From: Adineta vaga
Taxonomy: Eukaryota; Animalia; Rotifera
Assembly: GCA_021613535.1 (NCBI GenBank)
Contig: CP075497.1
Coordinates: 6,944,001-7,008,000, forward strand
DNA: 64,000 nt
Direction of reading: 5' to 3'
Position 1 is the stretch's first letter, and the number at the start of each line of letters is the position of its first letter. The notes beneath the pieces were generated by a model. That model made no database searches. It saw only the letters and a program-made list of their open reading frames with translations, and was not told the origin of the DNA. Below, piece by piece: positions 12,867 through 26,600 of this stretch. The translations under genes and the position numbers were made by a program.

Positions 12867-13153
12867 TCTGTTCATATATAAATAAACTGTTTTCATCATT
12901 GAGGAATATGCATTCTTCTAAAGAAAAGATGAGAAGATACGAGTCTATCTATTACTTTTTCATATTGTGTGTGAATAAATTCGAGAAAATGACTGCACTT
13001 GTTTTATATCAGAGAACAAAAGACATCTATCGATTAATTTATTTTACTGGATTCATTTTAGCGGCGAACGAACAAGAATGGGCGATCCTATATATTATTT
13101 CCTTCCTCTAGTAAAATTCGTTAATCTAAACAAATCATTCGATTCTAGTAATT

Positions 13154-14928
13154 ATGGCCAATGTTCGAAAATCGCACGGTAAGTATCTTAATCAACTAAG
13201 AATTGCTTTTTTCAACTTCATTCTCATTTAGATGGAAGAAAACGAGCTAAAACGATGATGGAATATATGGATGGTGATGTTGATATTAACGATGAAGATC
13301 TTAGTCAATCAAATGTTCATATCGGTCAACATATTCACGCACAATTTGATATATCTATGCCAATTATTGATGAAACAACTCCTAATGAATCGATAATTCG
13401 ATCAAATCTATTGATACCAAAAGTCAAAAAACGAGATAGCGAACGTATAAAACTTCATCGACGAATGAGTGATATTTCTTTAAATCGTTTTCCTGATCAT
13501 TTAAATAAAACAACTACGGGCTTCAAAGGGCGTGATCATGTTCTTCGTGTAATGAAAACAACCACAACAACAGCAACAAATAAACCAATAATGGAATCGA
13601 AAAATCCTAAACTTATACAGGAAATGATTGCTAAACGACAAGAAAAACAAATATCAAATAGACCCATATCAGATTTTGCATTAAATTATGGTTTAATTGA
13701 TAATAATGGAAAGAAATCAAAAAGTCGAACAACATCGGAATTTATGTAAATCTTTTTTTTTCTTGCAATTTCTATTGCATTGCTTGTCTCTTCTTCTTCT
13801 TCTTAAAGTGCTGAGATGTCTCATCAATTGGAAAGTTTAAGACCAACATTAACTAGACGACAAACAATCGACTGTAAGTATCAAAATTCTCATAATTCAT
13901 TCCGAAACTTTATTTTTACTTCTTTCTTTAGTAAATAGTCCATTATTAAGAGTTGTGAAAATCAAAACTGTATGCAATCAACTTCTTTGCTATTGTCAAT
14001 ATGTCACCAATCGAGAAGATGTTGTACTTTTTCTTGATCCAAATGATCAACAATCAAAAACTTTAGAAATTAACGATGAAATTCGTATTGCAGGTGAATC
14101 AAGGTAAAGTTTTTCGATAAAACATATCTTGATTATCTTTCATAGAATACATATTCACATAGACTTGATATGAATCTAACAGATTTAAATTCAGTTACAT
14201 TAGGTATAACTGATATACGAAAAGAGTTGATTAGTAACAGAAATGAACAAGAGTTACAAATGGAAATTATTCATACATATGATTTTAATTGTTCATGTAA
14301 TAAATGTAATTCAAATCAAAATTTAAGTAAGTGGGAAAATGAAAGTTGATGATAAAATATAAGTTTCTTTTCTAGTATCATCATTTGATCTTCAATCTTC
14401 ATTTCCTAATGATAATAATCAACAACAAATGATTTCTTCCGTCGAACAAGTCTATGAATCATTTACATTAGCGTTAATGACAAAACGCAAATTCGATCTT
14501 TATGGTACAATTATTATATTTGAATCTGATGAAATCAATAACAAGTAAAAGAATTTCATTATGTTTTTCTTTTGTTAATCATCATATATTTTATTAGATA
14601 TATCTTTGTCGTTCGTGATGGTATAGGTAATTGTCTTCAAATAATATTTAGTGATATCCGTGAAATTTCAATTGAAATACAAACAAGAAAATATGTCTTT
14701 TATCAAATTGAATTCGTTGAACGAATTGAATCACCAAGAGAAGCGAATCGATGGCCGTATGAAGATTATCCACCACCGAAAAAACTTTTTTGTTTCAGAT
14801 CGACGAGTAATCAAGTATCCATGCTGTGATCTTTCTTTATCTTTTTTTGTGTGAAATTTTTGTATGAATGGTTTTTTTACAGTAAGATTCAAGGAACAGA
14901 TTGTAAAATAAATGTAAACATTTGGTAA
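13154..14928 (+). CDS. Uncharacterised multi-exon protein with a disordered N-terminus and possibly degenerate PDZ-like and PH-like regions; last exon uncertain
   Basis: MANVRKSH|DGRKRAKTMMEY... continues through several ~55-nt GT-AG introns. No confidently recognised family. Confidence 0.6.
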
Positions 14929-15049
14929 AAAAAAACAACTTAGTCGTATGATCAGACAATGAAAGTTCTAATTCGGAAGGCATACTATAAAATTGATGGC
15001 CGATAGGTGGCGTTTTATTTTCTTCGCAGCATGTTATAGGTCAACTATT

Positions 15050-15069
15050 TAACTAACTAACTAACTAAC
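15050..15069. repeat. (TAAC)n short tandem repeat
   Basis: taactaactaactaactaac. Confidence 0.7.
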
Positions 15070-15174
15070 AATAAAAAGAAAGTACATACAATCATCATAC
15101 TGTGTGATTTGTTTCAAAACCATTCCATTCGTATAATATTCTAGATAATCTATCGGTATCAGGAACATCCAACG

Positions 15175-16091
15175 ATGTCTAGAAAACCAGAGAATAATTC
15201 AAGATCTACACAAAATTCTCGTATTGTACGAGTTCGTGATGTTAGTATTTACAAGTTGAAATTGAATCAAATATTAATTTTTTTCTTAAATTCTTTAGTT
15301 ACCAATTTATTATGATCCCAAAACGGATGATATTCATCGTTATGTTCCTCGAATAGATAATGATTCACAAAAGAAAATCAATCATACGAATTGGTTTCAA
15401 TCATCCATCAATCAGACAAGACAATCAATGCAACAGATATGGAATGATAAAAAAGTTTGAACAGCTTTTCTCTCTATAAAACATTCTACTAATGCATTGA
15501 ATAAATATAGGATTTACGTTCACGAATTTCGCACAATTTACAAAAAAGTGAAACGCATGCTAAAGGTATTGTTCTGATAAATAATTTCATCATATTATTT
15601 TCTTTTTCTCGTTTATTTCCATAGCTACAATTGATTATATTCGTAATGCTGAATCATTCCTTCCAAAAGCTAGTGTAGTAACTGTTGCTGGTCTGGGTGG
15701 TCTTCTTCTTGGTCATAAAGGTGGTGCCCTACGAAAAACATTCTATTCATCTGTAGCAGTAGCTGTTGCACTTAGTGCATGTTATATAAAGCAATCAGTA
15801 AATTTATTGGATCAAGTTCATCATCGAATTAAAAATGACTCACAAAAACTTATTTTGAATAGTAAATTTTATTTATGTAAAAGGCGAATTATTTGTTTGT
15901 TTATTCTAGAAAACAATCAATTAGTTGAAATTGAATCTAAAGATCGTATTTTACATACAATTAAAAATGAAAATGAACCAATTATTTCTGTTAATGGTGA
16001 TTATGGACAAGGAACACCAGTTGATCAACATTTGTATACAACTCGTAGTATTGTGAATTCATCTGTAGTGGATACAGAAAAGAAACTTTGA
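15175..16091 (+). CDS. APOOL: MICOS subunit MIC26/MIC27 (apolipoprotein O family), 5 exons
   Basis: LPIY motif, FLPKASVVTVAGLGGLLLGHKGGALRKTFYS...ALSACY hairpin TM region, and the C-terminal DYGQGTPVDQHLYTTRS typical of MIC27-type proteins. Confidence 0.88.
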
Positions 16092-16374
16092 TTTTTGTTT
16101 CCTTCTTTCGACTTAATCTTACTAGCTTGACGGTGTTTCAGTTAGTTGTGTATTTCTTTTTTTTCTTTCTTCTGAAGATTTATTTAAAACCAAAGGCAAG
16201 AAGAATAAACTCTTAACTGTAATTGATCCACTGTATTTATTGTAGATATTGATATTCATTTTTGACGAGAAAATAGAATCAATTGTAGCAGGTGATTCAA
16301 TTATTATTTTTGAATTTTTCTATATGAAAATATGATTCATTTATATTGAAGTTATTTTGTAGATTAAATCATGA

Positions 16375-16703
16375 ATGTTGCTGATTAAGCGTTATCAATT
16401 TATTTATTTCTTATTGTTTGTAACTTTAATCTTTCATATGGCAAATTCAAATGCAAAAACATGTTGGCCTGAATTAATTGGTAAAACAGCGGAGGAAGCT
16501 GTTCAAGTAATCAAAGATGAATCAGGTAGATACTAAATTGAAAGAAAGAAATTCTTCGAATCTTAAATTCAATTCTTTTAGGTCTATCAAAAGTTCATGT
16601 ATGTGGACCTGGTTCTCGAACTACACGTGATGTTGATGATGAACGTGTTCGTGTCTATGTCGATGAAGAAAACAAAGTAACTACAAAACCAACCGTGGGT
16701 TAA
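16375..16703 (+). CDS. Secreted potato inhibitor I family (I13, eglin/CI-2-like) serine protease inhibitor; exons 16375-16525, 16582-16703
   Basis: MLLIKRYQFIYFLLFVTLIFHMANSNAKTCWPELIGKTAEEAVQVIKDESG|LSKVHVCGPGSRTTRDVDDERVRVYVDEENKVTTKPTVG*, containing the WPEL.G, T.D...RVRV.VD and P.VG signatures. Absent from the ORF track. Confidence 0.92.
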
Positions 16704-17919
16704 AAAAAAGTGACACAATAAAAATAATATTACAATCTCGAATAAAATCATTGCAATATTGATCTTAAAACTTCAATATAGACAGAATTTATTTAATCAA
16801 GGCTAAATCTTTTCTTCTATCCTCATTTGTATTTCATCAATGTACCTAACGAAATCGAAAATGAATTATTTGTATATAAATAAACATGGTCATTGTTTAC
16901 TGACACACATCTATGTAGTTCTATTTCATGTCAATATTGTATGATTGATCGAAAAGTGTGTCATCTATGTAAACGTGTTAAGCTGTAATGTACCCGATCA
17001 ACAAAGAAAAATATAGATCACCTTAAATTAAAATCTTTCACACATTATCGAACAATTTAGTTATTTAGGGCGTTGTATGAACAAATGTTCTATTGAATCT
17101 ACGTGCTAAATCGAATTCTTATGGATCTGTAAAGCTGTTCTGTGTGACAATCATATTAACACGTAAATAATGTACGATTACATGGATAAATCTAAAGATG
17201 TTATGTATAGATTTTCTAAAGAATATATCTACGAGGTCATTCATTGACAAAGTTTATTAAATGTATTATGAGTAATAAATAATCATAAAAGAATGACCTA
17301 TTTGTTTTATTGGACATAACTCATCAATGAAAAACTATCATAGAGAATATTTCAAGAACTTTGACCAAATCAAAGATTAAATACAGTTGTTCTCTGTTTT
17401 ATTTTTTGTCATATTCGATTATATAATCAATCAAAACTTGTTCTTTCACTTCGAATAATCTATCATGATCGTATACACATCATGAATGTCAAATGTACAA
17501 TGTAAAGGTAAGTATTAAATATCTTAGTTAATATTAAAATTATCAATTTAAGCAGTTCATTCGACTATAGAATACAAATAATAATACTCATTATCAATTG
17601 AATGTTTGTTTCTCTCCTGTATTGCATTTGTTCCAAAAAGAATTCATTTGCGAAGGAATGAACAAATATTTTCGTTCGTAGTTATATCGTATTCACACAT
17701 TATTCATTAGCATAAGAAGACGAATATACATCTATGTCAATAGCTCGTATTGAAATGATCTTATCGATCAGAAAAAGAAAATTTCGATAAAATATGTTTA
17801 TTGATTGATAAGCGCTAAGCAATATAAGTCTGATCCATTTCTAACGAGCGAAGAAAAAAAGAATCATCTATCATTTATTGTGATATTGTTTTTCAACAAA
17901 TACAGCCGCTTTAATCCAG

Positions 17920-17927
17920 TATAAAAG
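17920..17927 (+). promoter_or_regulatory. Candidate TATA box of the EGF/chitin-binding gene
   Basis: TATAAAAG, about 90 nt upstream of a consensus donor AAG|GTGAGT (18017) that could splice to the acceptor at 18638 just before the ATG. Confidence 0.35.
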
Positions 17928-18653
17928 GTTTATGAGACGATAGATCAAAAGTATTCATCTGTATATATGATGAGATGATGATGATGTTCAGTCAATAATC
18001 CGACTGAAAAAACAAGGTGAGTTGTTTTTCTGTCTCTTTCGTTCTTTCACTCCGATCGCAATATTCATACATATGCATACATATTTGAGTCATGAAACAA
18101 TAAACGGATTTTTTTCTTCTTCTTCTTTTCTCATCATTTGCATATCATTAAAGTATTGAACATCGGCACTCAAGGTAGAATATTCAACTGTATCGAAAGA
18201 AGAGATAAATAATACAGAAGATGATTTATTTGTATTGGAATGACAATTGTCGTTGTTTACACATGTGAACCTATTTCTCTCTCTCTCTCTCTCCTTCTCT
18301 TTTTTTTCTTGCTTATGCTTAGCGCAATAAATATTAGTTGTACATAAATATAGAGAGTAAAAAAAAGAAGTTGTCAGTACATAGCTCTTTCTTTCATTCA
18401 TAGACATCAAGTTGCTTCACACGACAAACAGCATATCCGTGAGTATCAAAAGATACTTGTAGAGATATACATGATGCAAGAAGTTTATTTTTCCGAAGCC
18501 TTACGAATACTGTCGACAAAATAGTGAAGAGTCTGGACATTTTTATGAGTATCCATTGTCTATTGTATTATATTTAGATCGAATAACATTTACAGTTATT
18601 TAAATGACGACATCATTCTGATATTTTTCTTACTTTAGAACATCTTTTCAACT

Positions 18654-21604
18654 ATGTTATCAAACAATTTCTTCACATCATCATGGATGATTATTACGAT
18701 TTATATCATTTTTTCATATTTGAATAATTTAACGAATGCTCACAGTATGTATCGTAGATTTATCTTCATTTAGAATGTAGTTAATAATCTTCTTGAATAG
18801 TATGCACGTCAGATGTTTGCAATAACCATGGAACTTGTATTCCAAATAAATCTAATTCATTTACATGTGAATGTGATCTAGGTTTCACTGGTTCAACTTG
18901 TGATCAAGGTAGTTTTAGTAAAAACTAAAACTAACTGATAAATACATAGATGTAGTTTATTTATCTTATTAGAAATAGATGAATGTGCATCCCAACCATG
19001 TGCGAATAATGGTACTTGTACAGACTTAGAGAACGGTTTCCTTTGTCGCTGTTTGCCTGAATGGAATGGTACTCTATGTACAGAACCAATGAGTAGGTGT
19101 AGTTTTATTAGATATTAATAGGTTTTTTTTTAAAATAAGTAAGTATATAAATATATTTCAATCATAACAGATCCATGTCAATCATCGCCTTGTGGTCCAG
19201 CGGGAAAATGTGTTGCAACAAATACACCACAAATACCTTATTATTGTCAATGTCCAGATGGTCAAAATACAATATTTAAATGTGCTGATTCAAGTATGTC
19301 TATTTTTGTTTTGAGAGATGAGAGTATTCGAATTTCTACGTCAATGAATTCGAAATTGTTTCGTAATAGATCCATGTCAACCCAATCCATGTGGTCCTGG
19401 AAAGTGTGAAGTTACCTCAGATATACACAATGGATATATCTGTCGATGTCTTGACGGTACCATTCAATTAACAAATTGTACAACACCGAAAAGTAAGTAT
19501 GACTAGTCTATGATCGATAGACGTTTTCATATGATATTTTAGATCCTTGTACTACATTACCGTGTGGTTCAAATGGACGATGTATATCACTATCAGCAGC
19601 ACCGAAAGGTTATATGTGCATGTGTCAAAGTGATGGTATTACTTTTACAACAATCGATACATGTCCAAGTAAATTTTGAGAGATTATTTTAAAACATATA
19701 TAGTTTATTTTGTTTTCAATAGCAACCAATTCCATTTGTACTCATTTGACATGTCGAAATGGTGGCACTTGTGTACCCTTTTCTGCTAATGAACCTTCCT
19801 GCAATACTGGAAAAATTGGATCTGTTTGTTGTCAATGTTAGTAATTGTTATTGAAGCGTTTTTTCGCAGAAGAATAATGTTAAATGTATTTGGTTTTTGT
19901 ATCGTAGGTCCTCCTAATTATACAGGTCTACGATGTGAACGAGGTTTGTTATTGAATATTGTGAGATTCTAAAAGAAAATAAAATCAATGTTTGTATAAC
20001 TAGAACTTGATTTTTGTTCATCAAATCCATGTAAAAAAAATGGACGTTGTCTATCAGGTAAATCTGGATATCGTTGTCAATGTTACGAAGGATTTACTGG
20101 TGAAAATTGTGAAGGTAATCATCATCGTTTTAGTTTTTATGAATTCTCATTCGTATTTTCAAACTAGTTCGAATAGTAAACTCAGGTTGTTTGTCTAATC
20201 CTTGTACTGTTGGTATCTGTTATCAATTAAATCAAAATGGACCAGCCTATGTTTGTATTTGTCCAGATGGTACATTGAATCTCTCATGTAATTCAACCAG
20301 TAAGTTATATTTTCGAAATTCTTCGATAGATTCATAATAAGATTTCATTTGAAAAAAAATAGACTCGACACGAAATCCTTTGGTATTACCAACCATACCA
20401 TCACAAACAACAACTCCTATAGCAACATTGATGTTTAATAATAATGCGAAATATGGTGGAGGAGGAAGTGGAAATAATCTTCGATCTGTTTCAATATGTA
20501 CTCCAACTTCACGATCTACTTGTAATGGTGGAGAATGTATATTAGGTGTTGAAGGAGTATATGTCTGTCAATGTCGAGAAGGTTATACAGGAGTTTATTG
20601 CGAAAACAGTTGAGTATAAATAGAGATATAGATGGAAAATACATTTATTAATCATTTTGATTTTATATTTAATTAGATATCAATGAATGTGCATCAAATC
20701 CATGGTAAAAAAATAATTTTTTTAAAATTAATTTTTATTTTGAAAATCTAGTTTGGGTGGTGGTATATGTTATGATTTAGTCAATGCGTATTCATGTTTT
20801 TGCCCTGATCGAACTTTTCGACCACAATGCAATACAACGGGTGTAGCATCAATACCTCGAGGTACACAAGTTCTTATGAGTGCTAGCGATCGTAAGTAAT
20901 GAGAAAAAAAAGAAAAAGACCAGGAATTGAAGATTTTCTATTCATTAGATAAAATATCACATCATCATCATCATCATCAACAACATGATGATAAATCTTT
21001 ACCAAATGAATGTTACTGTCGTAATGGTGGTATATGTATAACAAGTCAAACTGGTAGAAAACTTTGTCAATGTCCTAATGGATTTACTGGAGCATCATGT
21101 GAAATATCTGCCTGTATGTTAGATTTAATAATTTAAAGAAATATCTGAAAGAATCTTTCTAGTATCTGCAATTAATCCTAGCCAAATTGCTTGTAGTCAA
21201 TCAATATGTCAAAATGGTGCCACATGTCAACAACAAGGATTAACTGCAATTTGTACTTGTAAACCAGGTTTTACTGGTCAACGATGTGAATCTGGTAGAT
21301 GGAAATATATTTTGTAATCTTTATACTAATGAAGATTTTCTTTTTAGAATATTTTCGTTGTCAAGCTAATGGTCGTTTTGCTGATACGTCAAGTTGTAAA
21401 CAAGGTCGATACTTTGAATGTGTTTATTTTGGACAATGTAAAGTTGAAAATTTATTTATTTATCAAACGTATTCTTGAATTTATTTCAATTTAGATGATT
21501 TGGGCTTACCAAATGGTGTTCTCTATAGTCGTAGTTGTCCACCAGGACTTTGGTTCAATCAAATGAATGATCGATGTGATTATCCAAGTGCTGTTCGATG
21601 TTAA
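18654..21604 (+). CDS. Secreted protein with 12 EGF-like repeats and a C-terminal chitin-binding type-2 (CBM14/peritrophin-A) domain
   Basis: Signal-peptide-like first exon. Roughly one EGF per exon, e.g. EIDECASQPCANNGTCTDLENGFLCRC. C-terminus CQANGRFADTSSCKQGRYFEC...SCPPGLWFNQMNDRCDYPSAVRC*. No TM segment. Confidence 0.88.
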
Positions 21605-22298
21605 ATAACTAAATAATTTGGAGAACTGTTTTTTTTTATTTGGCCTTTTACATATTTCTAGACGTTTTTCTTTCTCGGTGCCATGTTCTCTCTCGCTCTT
21701 TTATCTCATTACTTTTAGACGACTATTTGTAGATGTTTCACATTTTCATTGCTTCTTCTTCTGCATCTTCTTAATCAATAAACATTCTTCAAGATAAAGA
21801 AAAAGTAACAGCCCAAATAAACTATCATTCATCAGAAAACTATCAGGATCAGCAACGAACGACAAGAAAAAGAAAACTCGCATGACTACCAATCAATCAG
21901 TTATTTACTATTACTCTCTGAATTAGAAATATGAACAAGATTTTTTCTTCCTTTTTATCGTTTGGATGACACCGGAAGAAGAGACAGAATGTTGATGTTC
22001 TTGTGAGCACGTACTAAAACTATGAAATGAGTTAACATTCTGATTTCTTCTGCTTTTGTTCTTATTTCGATGCGTCTATCATAAAAGAGAAAAGATATAG
22101 AAGAAGAAACAACAAACATCACTATCTCGTCTATTCGCTCTTCGTCGCGATCAAATTAGAACGACTGTATGGGTTTTTCGAAGCTATAGAAGTGTTAATA
22201 TTGCATTTACATTTTATAGAGTTAGAACGACGACGAGTGTTTCTGAAAATACAAAACAATCCGTTGACAGAACAAATTACTCACACAAACTAGAATGA

Positions 22299-22825
22299 AT
22301 GTGGTCTTTAATTTGTCTCCTCATATTGTTTCTTGATTATCAAAGTAAATTTCCATATAAATACTAAACTAATATTGACAAATCTTTCTTTTAGAAGTCG
22401 AAACACTTTCATGTTATCAATGTTCAATGAAATATTCAAATACAGAATGTAATTCAAACAATTCCATTTATGTTACTGAATGTCAACCTACTTACGATAC
22501 ATGTTTGACAATTGTACTTAAACCAAGTAGGATTTAACTTTTTAACTTTCAAGTAATTCTATATGAGACTATTTTAGGTATTTTGGATGAAATTATTATA
22601 ACAAAATATTGTACAAAACGGAAAGCATGTGAACTACAACAGAAATATACACATTCATTAACACCTTGTGAACCAAATAATGAAGGTCGAAATTGGGCTT
22701 GTGTTTCTTGTTGTGGTGAACGTGATTTATGTAATCATGATGATTCCAATCGATTAATTCCAAACCGATATCTATCAGCCATATTTCTGTTAATCATTAT
22801 CGTACATTTTGTCTTTTTTAAATGA
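22299..22825 (+). CDS. Ly6/uPAR three-finger GPI-anchored protein (quiver/sleepless-like), 3 exons
   Basis: Signal peptide MWSLICLLILFLDYQ, then LSCYQC...C...C...CL...KYC...C...C...CVSCCGERDLCN, then a hydrophobic GPI-type tail. Confidence 0.88.
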
Positions 22826-23622
22826 TAGGAAAACAAAATTTTTATTGTAAATATTTGTTTTTAAATATTATAATTTCGTTGTAATAAATGTGCACATATA
22901 TGTTTAAAAAATAGTTTAATATCGTACGAGAATCGATTTCTAAAAGAATTCTAGTATAAGGAAAATTTTACTTTTTTCATAGAACAGATCTTTCTTTTCT
23001 TCAACCGTTTCTATGGTTTTTCCCCAGTCATTTAAACAGCGTCTGATTGTGAAATATGTTTACTATGGTAAAAACCACAATACAAATATTTCTATTTTAT
23101 ACTTTGCGGCATCTATTGTTTGCATTTTGTATTTCGCTTTTAAGAAATCATTTGTCAAACTGCATAGGAAGAGTTAAACCATCATCACGCTTATTTTTTA
23201 TTTCAATTACTGCGAATATTTGTTTACAACATGCACATATTAACGAATTTTTTAGTAATACGATATAAACAAATATTTTCGAAGAATAGCAAACTGAGCT
23301 AGTACTTTATAAATTCCCAGAGTTTTAATTAAGATCACAATCAATACAAGAAAACGTGTTATTTCGTTTCAAGAACAAATAAATTAAAGCTAATCCACTC
23401 TAGCTCAGAGAAAATCTTTTTTTTTCTTTTCTTCTTCGGTTTTTTTGCTAAAGAGTTCTCATTTAATCTTTTTGTAGAAGTAAAGTTAACCTTGAAATAA
23501 GAAAGAACGACGAAAAAAACAACGAGTCTCGCTTCCTTTAAAGAAACGCAAAGCAATAAAGATTTTTGCTGAAATATATTCTACGCAAATAAACTACTAT
23601 CGCCATTTTCCTAGAACTTACA

Positions 23623-26600
23623 ATGGCAACAAGTAGACAAACAACTTCTCCACGCTCTAGACGTAATTCTACTGACTCGGTAAGTTCATACATCTCGTCG
23701 TTCTCACCAATCATCTACATCACATCCATTTCTTTATTTAAGAGAGCTTCTATGTGGGAAAACCTCTTAAATCAATTTACGCAAACAAAACAAGATGCAC
23801 CCTTCGCTGATCATGCAAACCATGAAGATTCATCGGATGAAGATCCAATCATTGATGGTAATGGAGATTCTGAAATCGACTCAGATGCTTCACTTTCACC
23901 ACCTATTACTATATCTTCTACGATTTCTCCTGTCGACAATCAATCCAAACCATGGCAATCACCTACAAAACACGAAAAACTAACTATCATCATCAATCAA
24001 CAACAAAACTCTGACGACATCTCTCAAAAACGACGAATAGGACGTAATTTCACTACACCAGATCTTACCTGGAAAGATGAGCAACAAAAACTTACCGCTT
24101 TTCATTTTGGACTAACAGCATTGCATATACAATTTGATCAACCTCGACAGATCAATATTGAGATGTTGTGTCTATCATCATCACCCTCAAGTCCTTTTTG
24201 GTTGACATTTAACAAGCAAAAGCAAACACAAAAACGACAATCTCACCGTCATCGTGATGACGACTCATCGCAACGGCCAGTACAACATCAGCTGACAGAT
24301 GATTTGAAAGTTGAGCTACAATATGGTGCACTAACTGATCTTGATCATTTTCGATATTCACCAGATCATTTCTGGTCCAACGAGAAATACATGTCATGGT
24401 GTATGTATTTACATGATAAACATAAAAATGGTGGATGTATTGAATGGATATTCAGAAATAGTGAGAAGAGAAGAAAGAAGCAACTTTTATTGACAAATAT
24501 CAATCATGTGGTTGTTGTTGATATGAGTGAAGAAGGTTTTGATATATATATTTGTCAACGCTGCAACATGAATGAATTCGAAGCTAATTCTAATAATAAC
24601 AACCAGCGGAATGACAATGAAGGAACACGATCAAGAAGCTCATCCAAAGGTCGTAATCAACGACAATCAAATCATCGATCAAACTCTCGACCAAAAGCAC
24701 CACCTTCATTCTCGCCAGCACCCCATCCAGTATCTCATCAAGCTCGACAACCACGACGTACATATTACGATCGATATCAGCGAGTCGGCACTTGTGCTGG
24801 CTCGTATTTTTCAACTGTTCGATTCAGCGTTCACATCAATCCGCTTCATCTCTCAAACAAAACGAAACCTAATATTGTTCTTCGAATCAAACAACTCCTT
24901 TCCTTGTTCATTGAATACTTTCTTGAACAAAACATCACTGTCTGTTATGGAAAAGTCACTTCAGATATTGGAGAAAAACCTTATCTGTTCTTTCAACCTA
25001 GAATTCCTTGTTTCCCAACATTAATCACAAAATATGCATGGCAACTTCTCTCCACAGTTGGATATCGTCTGCAACTACAAATACTTAATAATCAAGCATT
25101 TATTCAACGATTAACTCGAATTACGGAAGAAGAACAAAATGCTGATGAACTGTTTTATCGTGTTTGTGTTTATCTCTCACGTATGTTTGCATTGAAACCT
25201 TTCGTGAACATTGTTGACGAACTGGAACATGCTATTAATGAGTCAAAACAAAAGCGAGATGCATCTGCATATGGTTTAGTAAGTAAAATCGAGACGAATA
25301 AAGAAAATGAAGCATATATTCCATCGGTGACATTGACACCAACAACTATCCGTGTCAAGCCACTCAAACTGTGCCGAACTAATCGAGTTGTTCGTGCAAA
25401 TGAACAGTTTGGCAAATCATTGTATCATTTTGTTCTTGTCGATGTTCGAGATGAAAACGGTCGACAATTACCAGCTTTTCATTTTCGCGATTTGCGAATA
25501 TCATTACACAAATATCTTAGAAAGGGTTTTATGTTGATGGACGATGAACGACAGTATACATATTTACATCATTCTCAATCTCAATTACGAGAAAGACAGT
25601 TTTGGTTTTATCATCATCACGATCAAAATGATAACTATGGTAACAGGAGAAACATTAGCTTTTCTGATGCTTATAGATGGATGGTACATACTCTGGAGGA
25701 ACGGAATCCTGCTAAATATGCAGCACGTATGGCATTATGTTTTTCGACAACGAAAGCAACTGTCAAAGTAAGCGATACAATATAAAAACGAAAGCGATAT
25801 ATATATATGTGTTTGTGTTTGATAGGTACCGAAGGAGGCTGTTGAATATTTAGCTAATGACATTGAAGTTACAGTGAATGGGAAAACATTAACGTTTACA
25901 GATGGTTGTGGAACAATGTCTGAAAAGCTGAGAAACAAAGTACGTAAATATACTTTCATAAGAATCAGAAAAGGTGTAAAACTGATGAATTTTGAATAAT
26001 CTTTGAGATATTGAAGTGCTGTTACATTAGTTGACGAGTCTCAAAAGAACACTTCCTCTCATGTGAAATACAAGTATTTCTCAGTACTCTGACTACGTAT
26101 CTCTGCAGAGGTGAATCACTTCGACATTAAATCTGCTTATCACATACGTTACTTAGATTATAAAATTATTCGTTAGAACCGCTTTTATTTATTAACATTT
26201 TCTTTTTCAATTTTTACAGATTAAGAAAAGTTATGGTACTGCAAATGACTTTAGTGCTGTTCAATTTCGATATGGCGGTTGTAAAGGTGTGGTTAGTCTT
26301 GACATGAGACTCCGAAAAGAAAAACATCTGTACATTCGTCCTTCGATGAAGAAATTCACTTCTCATCATGAAATATTCGAAGTTTGTAAACTATCTGCAC
26401 CCCGATGTGTATTTCTGAACCGACAAGCCATTCTTCTTCTCGATTACCGCAAAATATCATCCATCTTATTTCTTCAACTACAACAACAAAATCATCTACA
26501 ACTCATTCGTGCACTTCTCAGAAATCAAGATGCACAAAAACTCATCCTTCAAAAGATTCCTCCATGGTTCTTACCGAACGACATTCATCGAGTGAACATT

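Noticed and set aside
23680-23742. ORF track reads through this segment of RdRP
   Set aside because: It is a consensus 63-nt GTAAGT...TTTAAG intron that happens to be in frame. No evidence for retention.
25940-26219. Longer RdRP intron with TGATGA...CTGA (C/D snoRNA-like)
   Set aside because: Imperfect C box, negligible terminal stem, and no rRNA complementarity recognised.
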